A DNA stretch of 64,000 nucleotides from a bacterium (GTDB lineage: Bacteria > Patescibacteriota > Saccharimonadia > UBA4664): the NCBI GenBank assembly GCA_016699105.1, contig CP064960.1, positions 136,727 through 200,726 on the forward strand, given 5' to 3'. Below are positions 10,125 through 18,581 of this stretch, piece after piece. Each line of letters starts with the position of its first letter. The stretch's first letter is position 1. Below the pieces are notes generated by a model, which saw only the letters and a list, made by a program, of their open reading frames with translations, was not told where the DNA came from and searched no databases. The position numbers were made by a program, and so were the translations under genes.

Positions 10125-11216
10125 TTACGGGTAATTAACTGCTTGGCCGGACGACGTTTTATTATTCGCCCAACGGGTAAAGGTTGCGCCTGTCATAATG
10201 TCATAGTAACCCCATTGGCCGGCCACCAGATTGGCAAACGTATTGTCATAAAACGCAGCGTTAATCACATTTGGATCCATTCTGACGACATAACCGCCAC
10301 CATTGAAATAGTTGCCATATATTTGGGGTGTTGTAAATGAGTCACCTTGGAAAAAGAGGGCAGCGTTTTGATGAGTCCCGTCGAAGCCGTTCAGGTCGAT
10401 TCGATTGAAACGAAGTATTAAGTTGGGTGCATAAAAAACCTGCAGACCATCATTGTGTGACGCGTCGGCTTCGGTGGTACCGGTCAGAGCTAGATCGTGA
10501 ATATAGTTGTACTCAATGACATTGTTTGGGCCAGCCACATGAATACCATCGGCAAATCCAGTGATCTCGTTACGCTGAAGTTGAAAAATGGTACCACCCA
10601 TAGCTTTGATACCGCCGGCGCCGTTATTGAGTCCGGGAACTGATCCAGGTTTCCAGCGGATCGTGGAGTCACTGATTTTGACAATGGCTCCGTCAGCCCG
10701 ACTATTGACACCGCACCAGGTGCCATAGCCACCTTCGATGACGGAATTGGTGACGGTCAGAGTACCGGATCCGTAGAAATCGAGGCAGCCTTTGATGTAC
10801 ACATGGTCGAGTGTAATGTTATCGGCATTGACCTGCAGATAGCCGTACTGAGTGTCGTAATAGGTACCAGCAGGTGCAGCGGCGGCCGATGCTATGGTGG
10901 TGAGGGCAGATGTCGTGCCCCGGTAGCCGACAGTTCCGGCAGCAGGGTAGGTGTTGGTGGAAGGTGTGGTCGACGGTACTGGCGTCGGATTGACCGCGGT
11001 GCCCATACTAAATTGGACAACGCTGCCACCGGACGCGCCGGTGACGGTTTGGACGACGGCATCGTTAGCCAAGGTACCTGTTTCTGGCTCGAACGCCGCT
11101 AAGGGACCGGCCGCCCGGATGAGGGCAACGGCAATGACACCGGTGGCGACCGTGAGGCCGACAACGCCGATGATGGCACGGGACCGGGGCAGGGCTTGAG
11201 GCGTAAGCGTATTCAT
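10125..11216 (-). CDS. Array paralog G8: N-terminal anchor module + right-handed beta-helix (NosD/pectin-lyase-fold) enzyme
   Basis: Module 'VIAVALIRAAGPLAAFEPETGTLANDAVVQTVTGASGGSVVQF', then a PT linker. Beta-helix rungs are 'VIEYNYIHD', 'ILRFNRIDLNG' and 'QIYGNYFNGGGYVV'. Confidence 0.65.
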   Translation of the reverse strand: MNTLTPQALPRSRAIIGVVGLTVATGVIAVALIRAAGPLAAFEPETGTLANDAVVQTVTGASGGSVVQFSMGTAVNPTPVPSTTPSTNTYPAAGTVGYRGTTSALTTIASAAAAPAGTYYDTQYGYLQVNADNITLDHVYIKGCLDFYGSGTLTVTNSVIEGGYGTWCGVNSRADGAIVKISDSTIRWKPGSVPGLNNGAGGIKAMGGTIFQLQRNEITGFADGIHVAGPNNVIEYNYIHDLALTGTTEADASHNDGLQVFYAPNLILRFNRIDLNGFDGTHQNAALFFQGDSFTTPQIYGNYFNGGGYVVRMDPNVINAAFYDNTFANLVAGQWGYYDIMTGATFTRWANNKTSSGQAVNYP

Positions 11217-11236
11217 TGCTTATGCTTGATTATACA

Positions 11237-12358
11237 TCAGGGCTTAGGCAAGACAGCACCCTGGTTGCTGGCCTTGGTTGGATCATTGACATAATTTTGA
11301 TCCCACTGACTCCAACCGACACCGCCTTGAACGTAGGCTGCACCATAACCAGTGTTGCTGAGCCGGTTATTGGTGGCCACGAGATTACTGTAGGGCGAGT
11401 TGAGCAGATTGAGACCCAGCTGATACCCGGATCCCTCCAAGAGGTTGCCCGATATAGTGACGTTATCGATCCGTCCGGCGTAGGTTTGCAAAAATAGCGC
11501 GCCAGTATCATTGCCGGAGCTACAATCAAAGCGGTTATTGCGGACTAAGGCCGTACGACCTGGTGTCGAGCTGGCATCGAAATCGCGAATCGTGAAGCCA
11601 TCGGAGTGGTTGCCGGCGCCACCCGGGTCGCCATAGGCTTTGAGTTGGGTGACATAATTACCCTCGACTACACTCGAGTACGTACTGCCAGTATTCATGA
11701 GCCCGATACCACTGCCGAAGCCGTGAATGTAATTGTTTTTGAGGTCGGCAATACCGATGAAAGCGGTCGTGAAGGCAGCCTCTTGAGCACCCAGAAGTGA
11801 ACCGTCAAATTCGGAGTTGGAGATAGTGACTTTACCTTGGGCAGACTGGCAACCATTGGTGCCGCAGATGTTGGTATTAGTAGTAGTGACCAGCGGGTAG
11901 CCGATGCCAGCTGAAGTCGGCTTGAAGCATGACCGGTCGATGGTGATGTTACCGGCCGAAAGAACGAGGCCGACAGTTATACGTTTATTGGTAATAGTAG
12001 TACCGGCCGGGACATTTTCGGCACCGGTATAAACAGGTAATGAAGCACAATTAAGATCAACACTAGCCAAGCCGGTGTTGGCAGCTGTGATTTGCCAGCC
12101 ATAGAGACTACCAACTGGTGTCGGTGTGGGAGTAGCGCTAGATGACGCCGGAAATTGCACGACGGTAGCGCCATTGGTAACGGCCGTGACCGCTCCCGCC
12201 GACAGCGCGCCCGCTTCGGGCTCAAAAGCTGCCAGCGGACCGGCAGCAAAGCTGCGCGTAATGACGTATCCTAAGACAATTACGGATGCAATAACCACTA
12301 CAGCCCGAAGCCTGATCCAAGACAGTTTTGAGAGCAATATGAGCCGCGTTGTTGCCAT
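11237..12358 (-). CDS. Array paralog G9 (first in transcription order): N-terminal anchor module + beta-helix enzyme
   Basis: Module 'LSWIRLRAVVVIASVIVLGYVITRSFAAGPLAAFEPEAGALSAGAVTAV'. Rungs are 'LKNNYIHGFGSGIGL', 'VVEGNYV', 'LVRNNRFD' and 'ISGNLLEGSGY'. Confidence 0.65.
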   Translation of the reverse strand: MATTRLILLSKLSWIRLRAVVVIASVIVLGYVITRSFAAGPLAAFEPEAGALSAGAVTAVTNGATVVQFPASSSATPTPTPVGSLYGWQITAANTGLASVDLNCASLPVYTGAENVPAGTTITNKRITVGLVLSAGNITIDRSCFKPTSAGIGYPLVTTTNTNICGTNGCQSAQGKVTISNSEFDGSLLGAQEAAFTTAFIGIADLKNNYIHGFGSGIGLMNTGSTYSSVVEGNYVTQLKAYGDPGGAGNHSDGFTIRDFDASSTPGRTALVRNNRFDCSSGNDTGALFLQTYAGRIDNVTISGNLLEGSGYQLGLNLLNSPYSNLVATNNRLSNTGYGAAYVQGGVGWSQWDQNYVNDPTKASNQGAVLPKP

Positions 12359-12398
12359 AAGCTTGATTACTTACAGTTTAGCACGACCCAAGCAAGAG

Positions 12399-12866
12399 CT
12401 ACTGAGTCGGTTTGTCGCCCTTAGTCAGGCTTTTCTTGGCGCTTGATGCCAGTTTGAGCTTTTTAGGTTGCGGTAATTCGCGGCGTTCAAAGCTGATTTT
12501 GAGTACTCCATCCGCAAAGTCGGCTTGGCCAGATTCGGCATCGACGTCTTTGGGTAAGACGAAGCTGCGGTAATAGCTAGCTTGGGAGGACTCACGGCGC
12601 AGATAGTTGCGGCTGTGTGATTCTTGACTGTGCTCAGCTTTGATTTCGAGGCGGTCGCCATTGATTTGGACGTCAACCTCGGATTCTTTAAACTGCGGCA
12701 GGGCAGTTTCAACGACCAGCCGGCCATCTTCTTCGTAGATGTCAGTCGCCGGGACAGTCAGCCACTGTCCAGCGTTTGTGAGGCCACGGGTAGCTAGACG
12801 ACTCATGCGCTCTTGCATGTCATCGAGCTCTCGGAATGGGTCCCAATTCAATAGAGCGTTTGTCAT
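12399..12866 (-). CDS. Hsp20/alpha-crystallin family small heat-shock protein
   Basis: 'NWDPFREL...' N-terminus and the alpha-crystallin core 'FVLPKDVDAESGQADFADGVLKISFE'. A CIRCE operator sits ~60 bp upstream. Confidence 0.85.
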   Translation of the reverse strand: MTNALLNWDPFRELDDMQERMSRLATRGLTNAGQWLTVPATDIYEEDGRLVVETALPQFKESEVDVQINGDRLEIKAEHSQESHSRNYLRRESSQASYYRSFVLPKDVDAESGQADFADGVLKISFERRELPQPKKLKLASSAKKSLTKGDKPTQ

Positions 12867-12926
12867 AACAATTCCTCCTTGTAGAGATTAGGTTTTAATT
12901 ATTCCGGACTATTTAATTATAGTCCG

Positions 12927-12953
12927 TTGGCACTCAAAGGTCAAGAGTGCCAA
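12927..12953. promoter_or_regulatory. CIRCE-like HrcA operator (perfect inverted repeat TTGGCACTC-N9-GAGTGCCAA)
   Basis: The sequence ttggcactcaaaggtcaagagtgccaa is a 9-N9-9 perfect palindrome. It differs from the canonical TTAGCACTC only at position 3. It lies upstream of hsp20 and overlaps the grpE 3' end. Confidence 0.7.
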
Positions 12954-13415
12954 CTTTAACCATAGCTGGCCTTAATATGGCATCACCGAGCTTGTAACCC
13001 GCGGCCAGTTCGGCAATGACAGTATCGCCTTCACCTTCCCTGGCGACAGCTTCATGCTGATGTGGATCAAAGGGTTGACCGACGCAGTCCAGCCGTTCGA
13101 CACCGAGGTTCTTGAGCACCGCATCAAATTGCGTGCGGATGGCATCGATGGAGGCAGCCCAGGCTGCGTCAATGTTAGCCGGACGGTGCGCAGCTTCGGC
13201 GTCGAAGGTATCGCGAACCGTTAAAAATTGCCGCACGACCGCCACTTTGGCGTAGTTGAGCGACTGAGATTTTCAGTTTCGGCGCGGCGTTTGTAATTAA
13301 TAAATTCAGCCTGAAGCCGCTGTAAATCAATCGTTAATTCAGCAACTTGATCGGTGACATCAGTACCAGATGCATCTTCAGATATTAATTCGGGCTCAGG
13401 ATTCTTTTTAGTCAT
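12934..13415 (-). CDS. grpE: Nucleotide exchange factor GrpE (split by one frameshift at ~13250)
   Basis: ORF 13221..13415 carries the GrpE N-terminal coiled coil 'AELTIDLQRLQAEFINYKRRAE'. ORF 12934..13245 carries the GrpE C-terminal beta-domain '..GQPFDPHQHEAV..VIAELAAGYKLGDAILRPAMVKV'. Confidence 0.75.
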
Positions 13416-13438
13416 TAGGTAGTCCCCTTTCGTTTGAT

Positions 13439-14131
13439 TTAATTGAGCGCTTCGGCTAGCAGGCGACCGGTGTATTCGACCAAGCCGATGACGGGCGAAT
13501 ATTGCTGACGGGTTGGACCAAGAACACCGATATAGCTCCGGGAACTAAACGGTGACTCGAACCGGCTAATAATGAGTGTGGCACCCGACGTCCGGCCAAT
13601 GGGATTCTCCCGACCAATATAAACGGAGATCGGGTCACCCGGAGCAGCTTCGGCCAACCATTCTTCGAGACTATCGAGCAGCCGGGCGACTTCGTAGGCT
13701 TCCCGGCCGCCATAAAACTCCGGATGCTGAAATAACCCGGCCATACCAGACAAATATAGGTTGGGGCCGATGGTACCGAGGCCGAGATTGCCGGTGACAT
13801 GGGCGAGCGACTCTACAGCGTTCTTGATAGCTCGCTCGACTTCGCCGGCAGACTTAACACGTCGAGCCAAAGCTTGCTCGTGCCGGTGATCGTGCATGGG
13901 AGCGTCCATCGAATTGACATAGGCGCGATAGCCTTTGTCGGTAGGTACCCGGCCAGCAGAAATATGAGGCTGCATGATGAGATCAAGACTTTCGAGCGCG
14001 GCCATTTCCGATCTGACGGTAGCACTCGAAGTTTCAAATTGTTCACATAAAGCATTTGAACCCACGGGCTCAGCCGTGCGAGCATAGGTTTCGACAATTG
14101 CGTGGAGGATTTTGAGTTGGCGCGGGGTCAT
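13439..14131 (-). CDS. hrcA: Heat-inducible transcription repressor HrcA (short form)
   Basis: N-terminal winged helix 'LTPRQLKILHAIVETYARTAEPVGSNAL'. It sits next to grpE, with CIRCE elements nearby. Confidence 0.85.
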   Translation of the reverse strand: MTPRQLKILHAIVETYARTAEPVGSNALCEQFETSSATVRSEMAALESLDLIMQPHISAGRVPTDKGYRAYVNSMDAPMHDHRHEQALARRVKSAGEVERAIKNAVESLAHVTGNLGLGTIGPNLYLSGMAGLFQHPEFYGGREAYEVARLLDSLEEWLAEAAPGDPISVYIGRENPIGRTSGATLIISRFESPFSSRSYIGVLGPTRQQYSPVIGLVEYTGRLLAEALN

Positions 14132-14175
14132 GGGCCTGTCGCTTGGATTGATAAACTTTAGACCTATGGTACTTA

Positions 14176-14202
14176 ATTAGCAGTCAAGCGTCAAGAGTGC
14201 CA
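14176..14202. promoter_or_regulatory. Imperfect CIRCE-like operator (TTAGCAGTC-N9-GAGTGCCAA) ~45 bp upstream of hrcA
   Basis: The right half-site is identical to the hsp20 CIRCE. The left half has one mismatch. Confidence 0.55.
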
Positions 14203-14834
14203 ATCTGATAGAGATTGTCTATACGGCCGAGGAAGCTCGGAAAGCGGTTCCGGCGGTCAAGTAATATCGTCCGTCCAAAACCAGCCGCCTGGGCTCCTGC
14301 CATATCGTCGAGCGGGTTGTCGCCAATCATAATTGCCTGTTCAGCCGGAACTTGAGCTAGCTCGAGCGCAGCAGAAAAAATTGCTCGATCAGGTTTGATA
14401 GCTCCAACCGCATATGAGTTGGTAATGTAATCAAATCTCTCAGATAGAGCGAAAGTTTGATCTAACTGTTCGAATGCCGCCTGCGAAGTATTGGAGATGA
14501 GCCCTAGGCGGTATTTGTGGCGAAACTGCTCAAGCGTTTCGAGTGCATCATCATAGGGGCGCTGGCGGGCGAACCCACTTTCGATGATCTCGACAATGGT
14601 GCCTGTTAATCGCGATGACCGGGGCAGACCAAGAGCTTTGAGGAGCTGCCGGGCCCATACGTGTTGATCGAGACCGGGCTTGGTCATAAAAGCGTGCTCG
14701 AAGTGTTTGACGAATGGTCGGTTGAACGGAACTTTGAGGACATCACAAATGCGTTTGAGGTCGTCAGCCATATCAGAAGTAAAAAGGGTATACCAACAAT
14801 CGAAGAATATTACGGTGGGTTTGGCGCCAGACAT
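14184..14834 (-). CDS. HAD-superfamily hydrolase
   Basis: HAD motif I-like 'VIFFDCWYTLF' and a C-terminal 'IMIGDNPLDDMAGAQAAG' (motif III/IV). Confidence 0.6.
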   Translation of the reverse strand: MSGAKPTVIFFDCWYTLFTSDMADDLKRICDVLKVPFNRPFVKHFEHAFMTKPGLDQHVWARQLLKALGLPRSSRLTGTIVEIIESGFARQRPYDDALETLEQFRHKYRLGLISNTSQAAFEQLDQTFALSERFDYITNSYAVGAIKPDRAIFSAALELAQVPAEQAIMIGDNPLDDMAGAQAAGFGRTILLDRRNRFPSFLGRIDNLYQIGTLDA

Positions 14835-14873
14835 GACTTGATTGTATCAGATGGTATTGTTAGCATAAGGTTT

Positions 14874-15242
14874 ATGAATACTCCAGCCAAAGGAACCGTT
14901 ACATACGAACCAGAAGGCTACATTTGCGTGGCGCTAGTGGGCGACCAGACCTATCAAACTATCGATGCATTGCGCATTGAGACTGAGCGTATGGTCGAGA
15001 AGCTAAAAGTCGAGCATAAACGTTTACTCGGTCTAGTCGATCTCACCAAGCAAACTGGATTTAATACTGGCTCAAACAAAGCGGCGTTGGAAGCTTTAAG
15101 TATAATCGAATATGAGAAATCGGCGCTTGTATCTGATAATAAGCTTTTTGCCGAACTAGCGAAGATGATTATTTCGGCTTTAGGTAAGAACGATAAGACC
15201 AAGTTTTTGCGACCCGCGAAGAAGCCGTGGCATGGTTATTGA
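14874..15242 (+). CDS. Hypothetical protein
   Basis: Internal ATG of tracker ORF 14661..15242, chosen to avoid overlap with the HAD gene. No recognisable domain. Confidence 0.3.
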   Translation: MNTPAKGTVTYEPEGYICVALVGDQTYQTIDALRIETERMVEKLKVEHKRLLGLVDLTKQTGFNTGSNKAALEALSIIEYEKSALVSDNKLFAELAKMIISALGKNDKTKFLRPAKKPWHGY

Positions 15243-15353
15243 TGCAAGACCCACTCAAGGTTTAAATATTTAGATGATTCATGATTGACAAGACTACCAG
15301 TAACACATAGAGTGTGTTGTTGGTGCTAACCTCTTGCACTACAAGCCAATTAA

Positions 15354-15797
15354 TTGGCTTACAAACATCATGACAGGAGTATTCCCGTGAGTGGACCAAC
15401 AGGCAACTGCCTTTGGGTAGCAATTCTGCAAGACGGGCAAGTCGCCCTCGGTAACACCCGCATGCCAGATTGCACGGTAGAGCTCGATCGTTCTACCTAC
15501 GAAGTGTTCGTGGGTTGGTTGGCCGGAAGCGAACAACCGGCAACGGTGAATGCCCGTGGTCAGTTCAAGCTCGGTTCGCTGGGCGTACAGCTGTCACTTA
15601 CAAGTGATGTCACCAGTTTCATGCAACCGGACGGCTCCGACTTCGTACTCGACGACAAGGAAATCGAATATGCCGTGCAAGCCGCGCTAAGTGGTGCCAT
15701 GGGTTTCGACTCGCTGCCGCCGGGCGGGCGCCGAGCAGTCTTCGGTAAACAAATCATCGTCGAGGAATACGCACCAGTAGTTGCGGCCGACGTGTAA
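15354..15797 (+). CDS. Hypothetical protein
   Basis: 147-aa ORF with no recognisable motif. Confidence 0.35.
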   Translation: MAYKHHDRSIPVSGPTGNCLWVAILQDGQVALGNTRMPDCTVELDRSTYEVFVGWLAGSEQPATVNARGQFKLGSLGVQLSLTSDVTSFMQPDGSDFVLDDKEIEYAVQAALSGAMGFDSLPPGGRRAVFGKQIIVEEYAPVVAADV

Positions 15798-15945
15798 ACG
15801 GCCGCCAACAAATCGTTCCCGGGACGGCGACTCTTACACGAGAGTTGCTGTCCCGGGGATTAATATTGCTTTATTATTAATTTATGTTAATATTTACTTT
15901 ATACCTGTGAACGACACAGGTTCTTTGACAGATTGGCCGAGACAA

Positions 15946-16407
15946 ATGGCTGACGATCTGAGCTTTGCGGAATCGCGGGTGCTGGCAGGAATGTTGCCAA
16001 ATATATCGTTTCTCGAGGCAGAGACGAACCGGCTGCAAGCAGCTGGCAGCCATATTCATTTACCGTCGCTGGGTCCGTACACGGTTACCCAGCCGGAGTT
16101 TTGTTTACGGTGCGGTTGTCCTGATAACCGATGCCGCGAGTGTGCAAACTCGGAAGAGCCGTTGCCACATACCTTTACTTGTGATGAACGCGTTGAAGTT
16201 AGGCCGGATTTAGGGTTTGCAATATTGCTGCGAGTCAGTAACGTCGGTTTGGTTGTGGGCGATTGGAGAATCGCCACCGAAGCGGATTTGCCGGGTTGTC
16301 GTGGCCACCATCAGATGCTGTCGGTGCGTGACGCCGCCTATTCGCAAAGAGAACCGTTGCCCTGGTTGCCTGCACTCTGGTTTATGCCTTCTCCGCAGCG
16401 GGGCTGA
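15946..16407 (+). CDS. Hypothetical Cys-rich protein
   Basis: The ATG at 15946 follows an AT-rich promoter-like stretch (15840–15940). Contains 'CLRCGCPDNRCRECAN', a Cys cluster. Confidence 0.35.
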   Translation: MADDLSFAESRVLAGMLPNISFLEAETNRLQAAGSHIHLPSLGPYTVTQPEFCLRCGCPDNRCRECANSEEPLPHTFTCDERVEVRPDLGFAILLRVSNVGLVVGDWRIATEADLPGCRGHHQMLSVRDAAYSQREPLPWLPALWFMPSPQRG

Positions 16408-16553
16408 TCAAGCGGATTAACGTGCAATTGGGAACATCCCGTTGTCAGATCGACCGATGTCAGCTATTCCGGAGTGATACCTACCAAGGCCTACCGGAAC
16501 AACTAAGACCCACGAAGAGAGACCCACAGTCTAGCTTTTCGGGCCTCTTTTCG

Positions 16554-18467
16554 TTTAACTGTCCTTAGACACCAACACCATGAAAGCTTCGGCAGGGATA
16601 TCAACCTTGCCGATGCGTTTCATTTTCTTTTTGCCCTTCTTTTGCTTGTCGAGGAGCTTGTTTTTGCGGGTGACATCGCCGCCGTAGAGCTTGGCAATGA
16701 CGTCTTTGCGCAGGGCTTTGACATCTTCGCGGGCGATGATTTTGCCCCGATGGCGGCTTGGAGTGATATCTCGAAGTTTTGGCGCGGAATGACTTCCTTG
16801 AGCTTTTCGACGATTTGTTTACCGGCACGATAGGCTTCTTCGGCGTGCGCAATCATCGACAGTGAATCAATGAGCTCACCACTGACAAGGATGTCGAGCC
16901 GGACGAGTTTTTCGCGGCGGTAATCGGCCAACTCGTAATTGAAACTGCCATAGCCGGAGGTAATTGATTTAAGCGAATCGTAGAAGTCGGTCAGTACGTT
17001 GGCGAGCGGTGCTTCGAAGGATATGAGAGCTAAGGATTCGTCGAGATAGCTGAGATGATTTTGCAACCCGCGTATGCGATTGATCAGCTGAATAACACCG
17101 CCAACATAGGCCTTGGGGACCACCACTTCGCCGGAAATCCAGGGTTCACGGATGTAATCGACGCGGCTGGGATCGGGTAATTCGGCCGCCGAGCGAATGG
17201 TGCGCTCAGTGCCATCGGTTTCGACCACGATGTAATCGGTTGATGGGCTGGTGACCACCATATCCAGATTGTATTCACGCTCGAGCCGCTCTTTGATAAT
17301 TTCTAAATGCAGAAGCCCCAAAAAGCCAACTCGGTAGCCAAAACCAAGCACTTGGCTGGTTTCTGGCTCGTAGAGGAGGGCAGCGTCATTGAGTTTGAGC
17401 TTTTCAAGGGCGTCTTTGAGAGCTGGATATTGCTCACCCGAGCTGGGGAAAAAGCCAGCAAAGACAAATGGTTTGACCTGCCGATAGCCATCTAGCGCGA
17501 TGGTGGCCGGTGTTTTTTCGAGCGTTACTGTATCGCCAACCCGGGCTTCACTGATGGATTTGAGGTTAGTGACTACGTAACCGATCTGGCCAGTGAGGAT
17601 TTCGGGAGCCGGTGTCTGTTTAGGCGCAAAGGTACCAACTTCGACAGCGAGTCCAGTGGCGTGGGCGGCCATGAGCACGAGATCATCATGACGGCGTAAC
17701 CGGCCATCAGTAATGCGCACGAATAGGATGACGCCGCGATGGGTGTCGTAGATAGAATCAAAGATAAGGGCGCGCAAGGGAGCGTCGGGGTCGCCCTTGG
17801 GAGGTGGGATTTGTTCGACGATGGCGTCTAAAACTTGAGAAACGCCTTCACCGGTTTTGCCAGAGACTCGCAGAATAGTGGTTGGCTCACATCCGAGTAA
17901 ACTAGCGACTTCGCCGGCTACCCGCTCGGGGTCGGCAGCGGGCAGATCGATCTTGTTGAGGACGGGGATTATTTCTAAACCAGCCTCAATGGCTAAGTAG
18001 ACGTTGGCTAGTGTTTGGGCTTGGATACCTTGGGAGGCGTCGACTACCAGTACCGCTCCTTCACAAGCGGCCAATGACCGCGAGACTTCATAGCTGAAGT
18101 CGACGTGGCCAGGGGTGTCGATGAGGTTCAAAGTGAAGGATTGCGGCATGACCAAACCTGACTCGTGCGAATGAACGCGATCCGTCTGCTCACTTCCATC
18201 AGATTCAGAACCTACATTCGCGACATCGCCAGGTTGGTCACTTCGCACTGCACTTTGAGCTCGTCGAGGGGTCCACTGCATGCGCACAGGCTGCAATTTG
18301 ATAGTGATACCCTTTTCGCGCTCGAGATCCATGGAATCCAAAAGCTGCGCCTGCATATGACGTTTGTCGACGGTACCGGTGAGCTCAAGCATACGATCAG
18401 CGAGGGTAGACTTGCCGTGGTCGATGTGAGCGATGATACAAAAATTGCGGGTAGTTGACTGATTCAC
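16554..18467 (-). CDS. lepA: Elongation factor 4 (LepA), with ~35-aa low-complexity insertion in the G domain and a 3' frameshift in an A-run (~16735)
   Basis: '[18 protein letters not shown]', 'DTPGHVDF' and '[12 protein letters not shown]'. The correct C-terminus ('[40 protein letters not shown]...') resumes in the +1 frame after 'ggggcaaaatc'. Confidence 0.9.
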
Positions 18468-18581
18468 GATACTTGATTATAGCGCAAAATGATGCTCTTG
18501 ATAAGCACCGAAGGATGAAGATGAAGAATTGTTAGCATGTTTTGTGGTTAATGCGAGGAATGCTAATGTTACAATTCCACT

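Noticed and set aside
1645-12358. CRISPR-like periodicity (~1.1-kb repeats)
   Set aside because: The repeats are 120–250-bp coding modules inside long ORFs with variable protein-coding 'spacers', not 25–50-bp direct repeats. No cas genes are present.
16601-16852. ORFs 16601..16852 (-) and 16642..16833 (+) at the lepA 3' end
   Set aside because: They are alternative frames of the frameshifted lepA C-terminus, and the correct LepA tail is recovered in a different frame.
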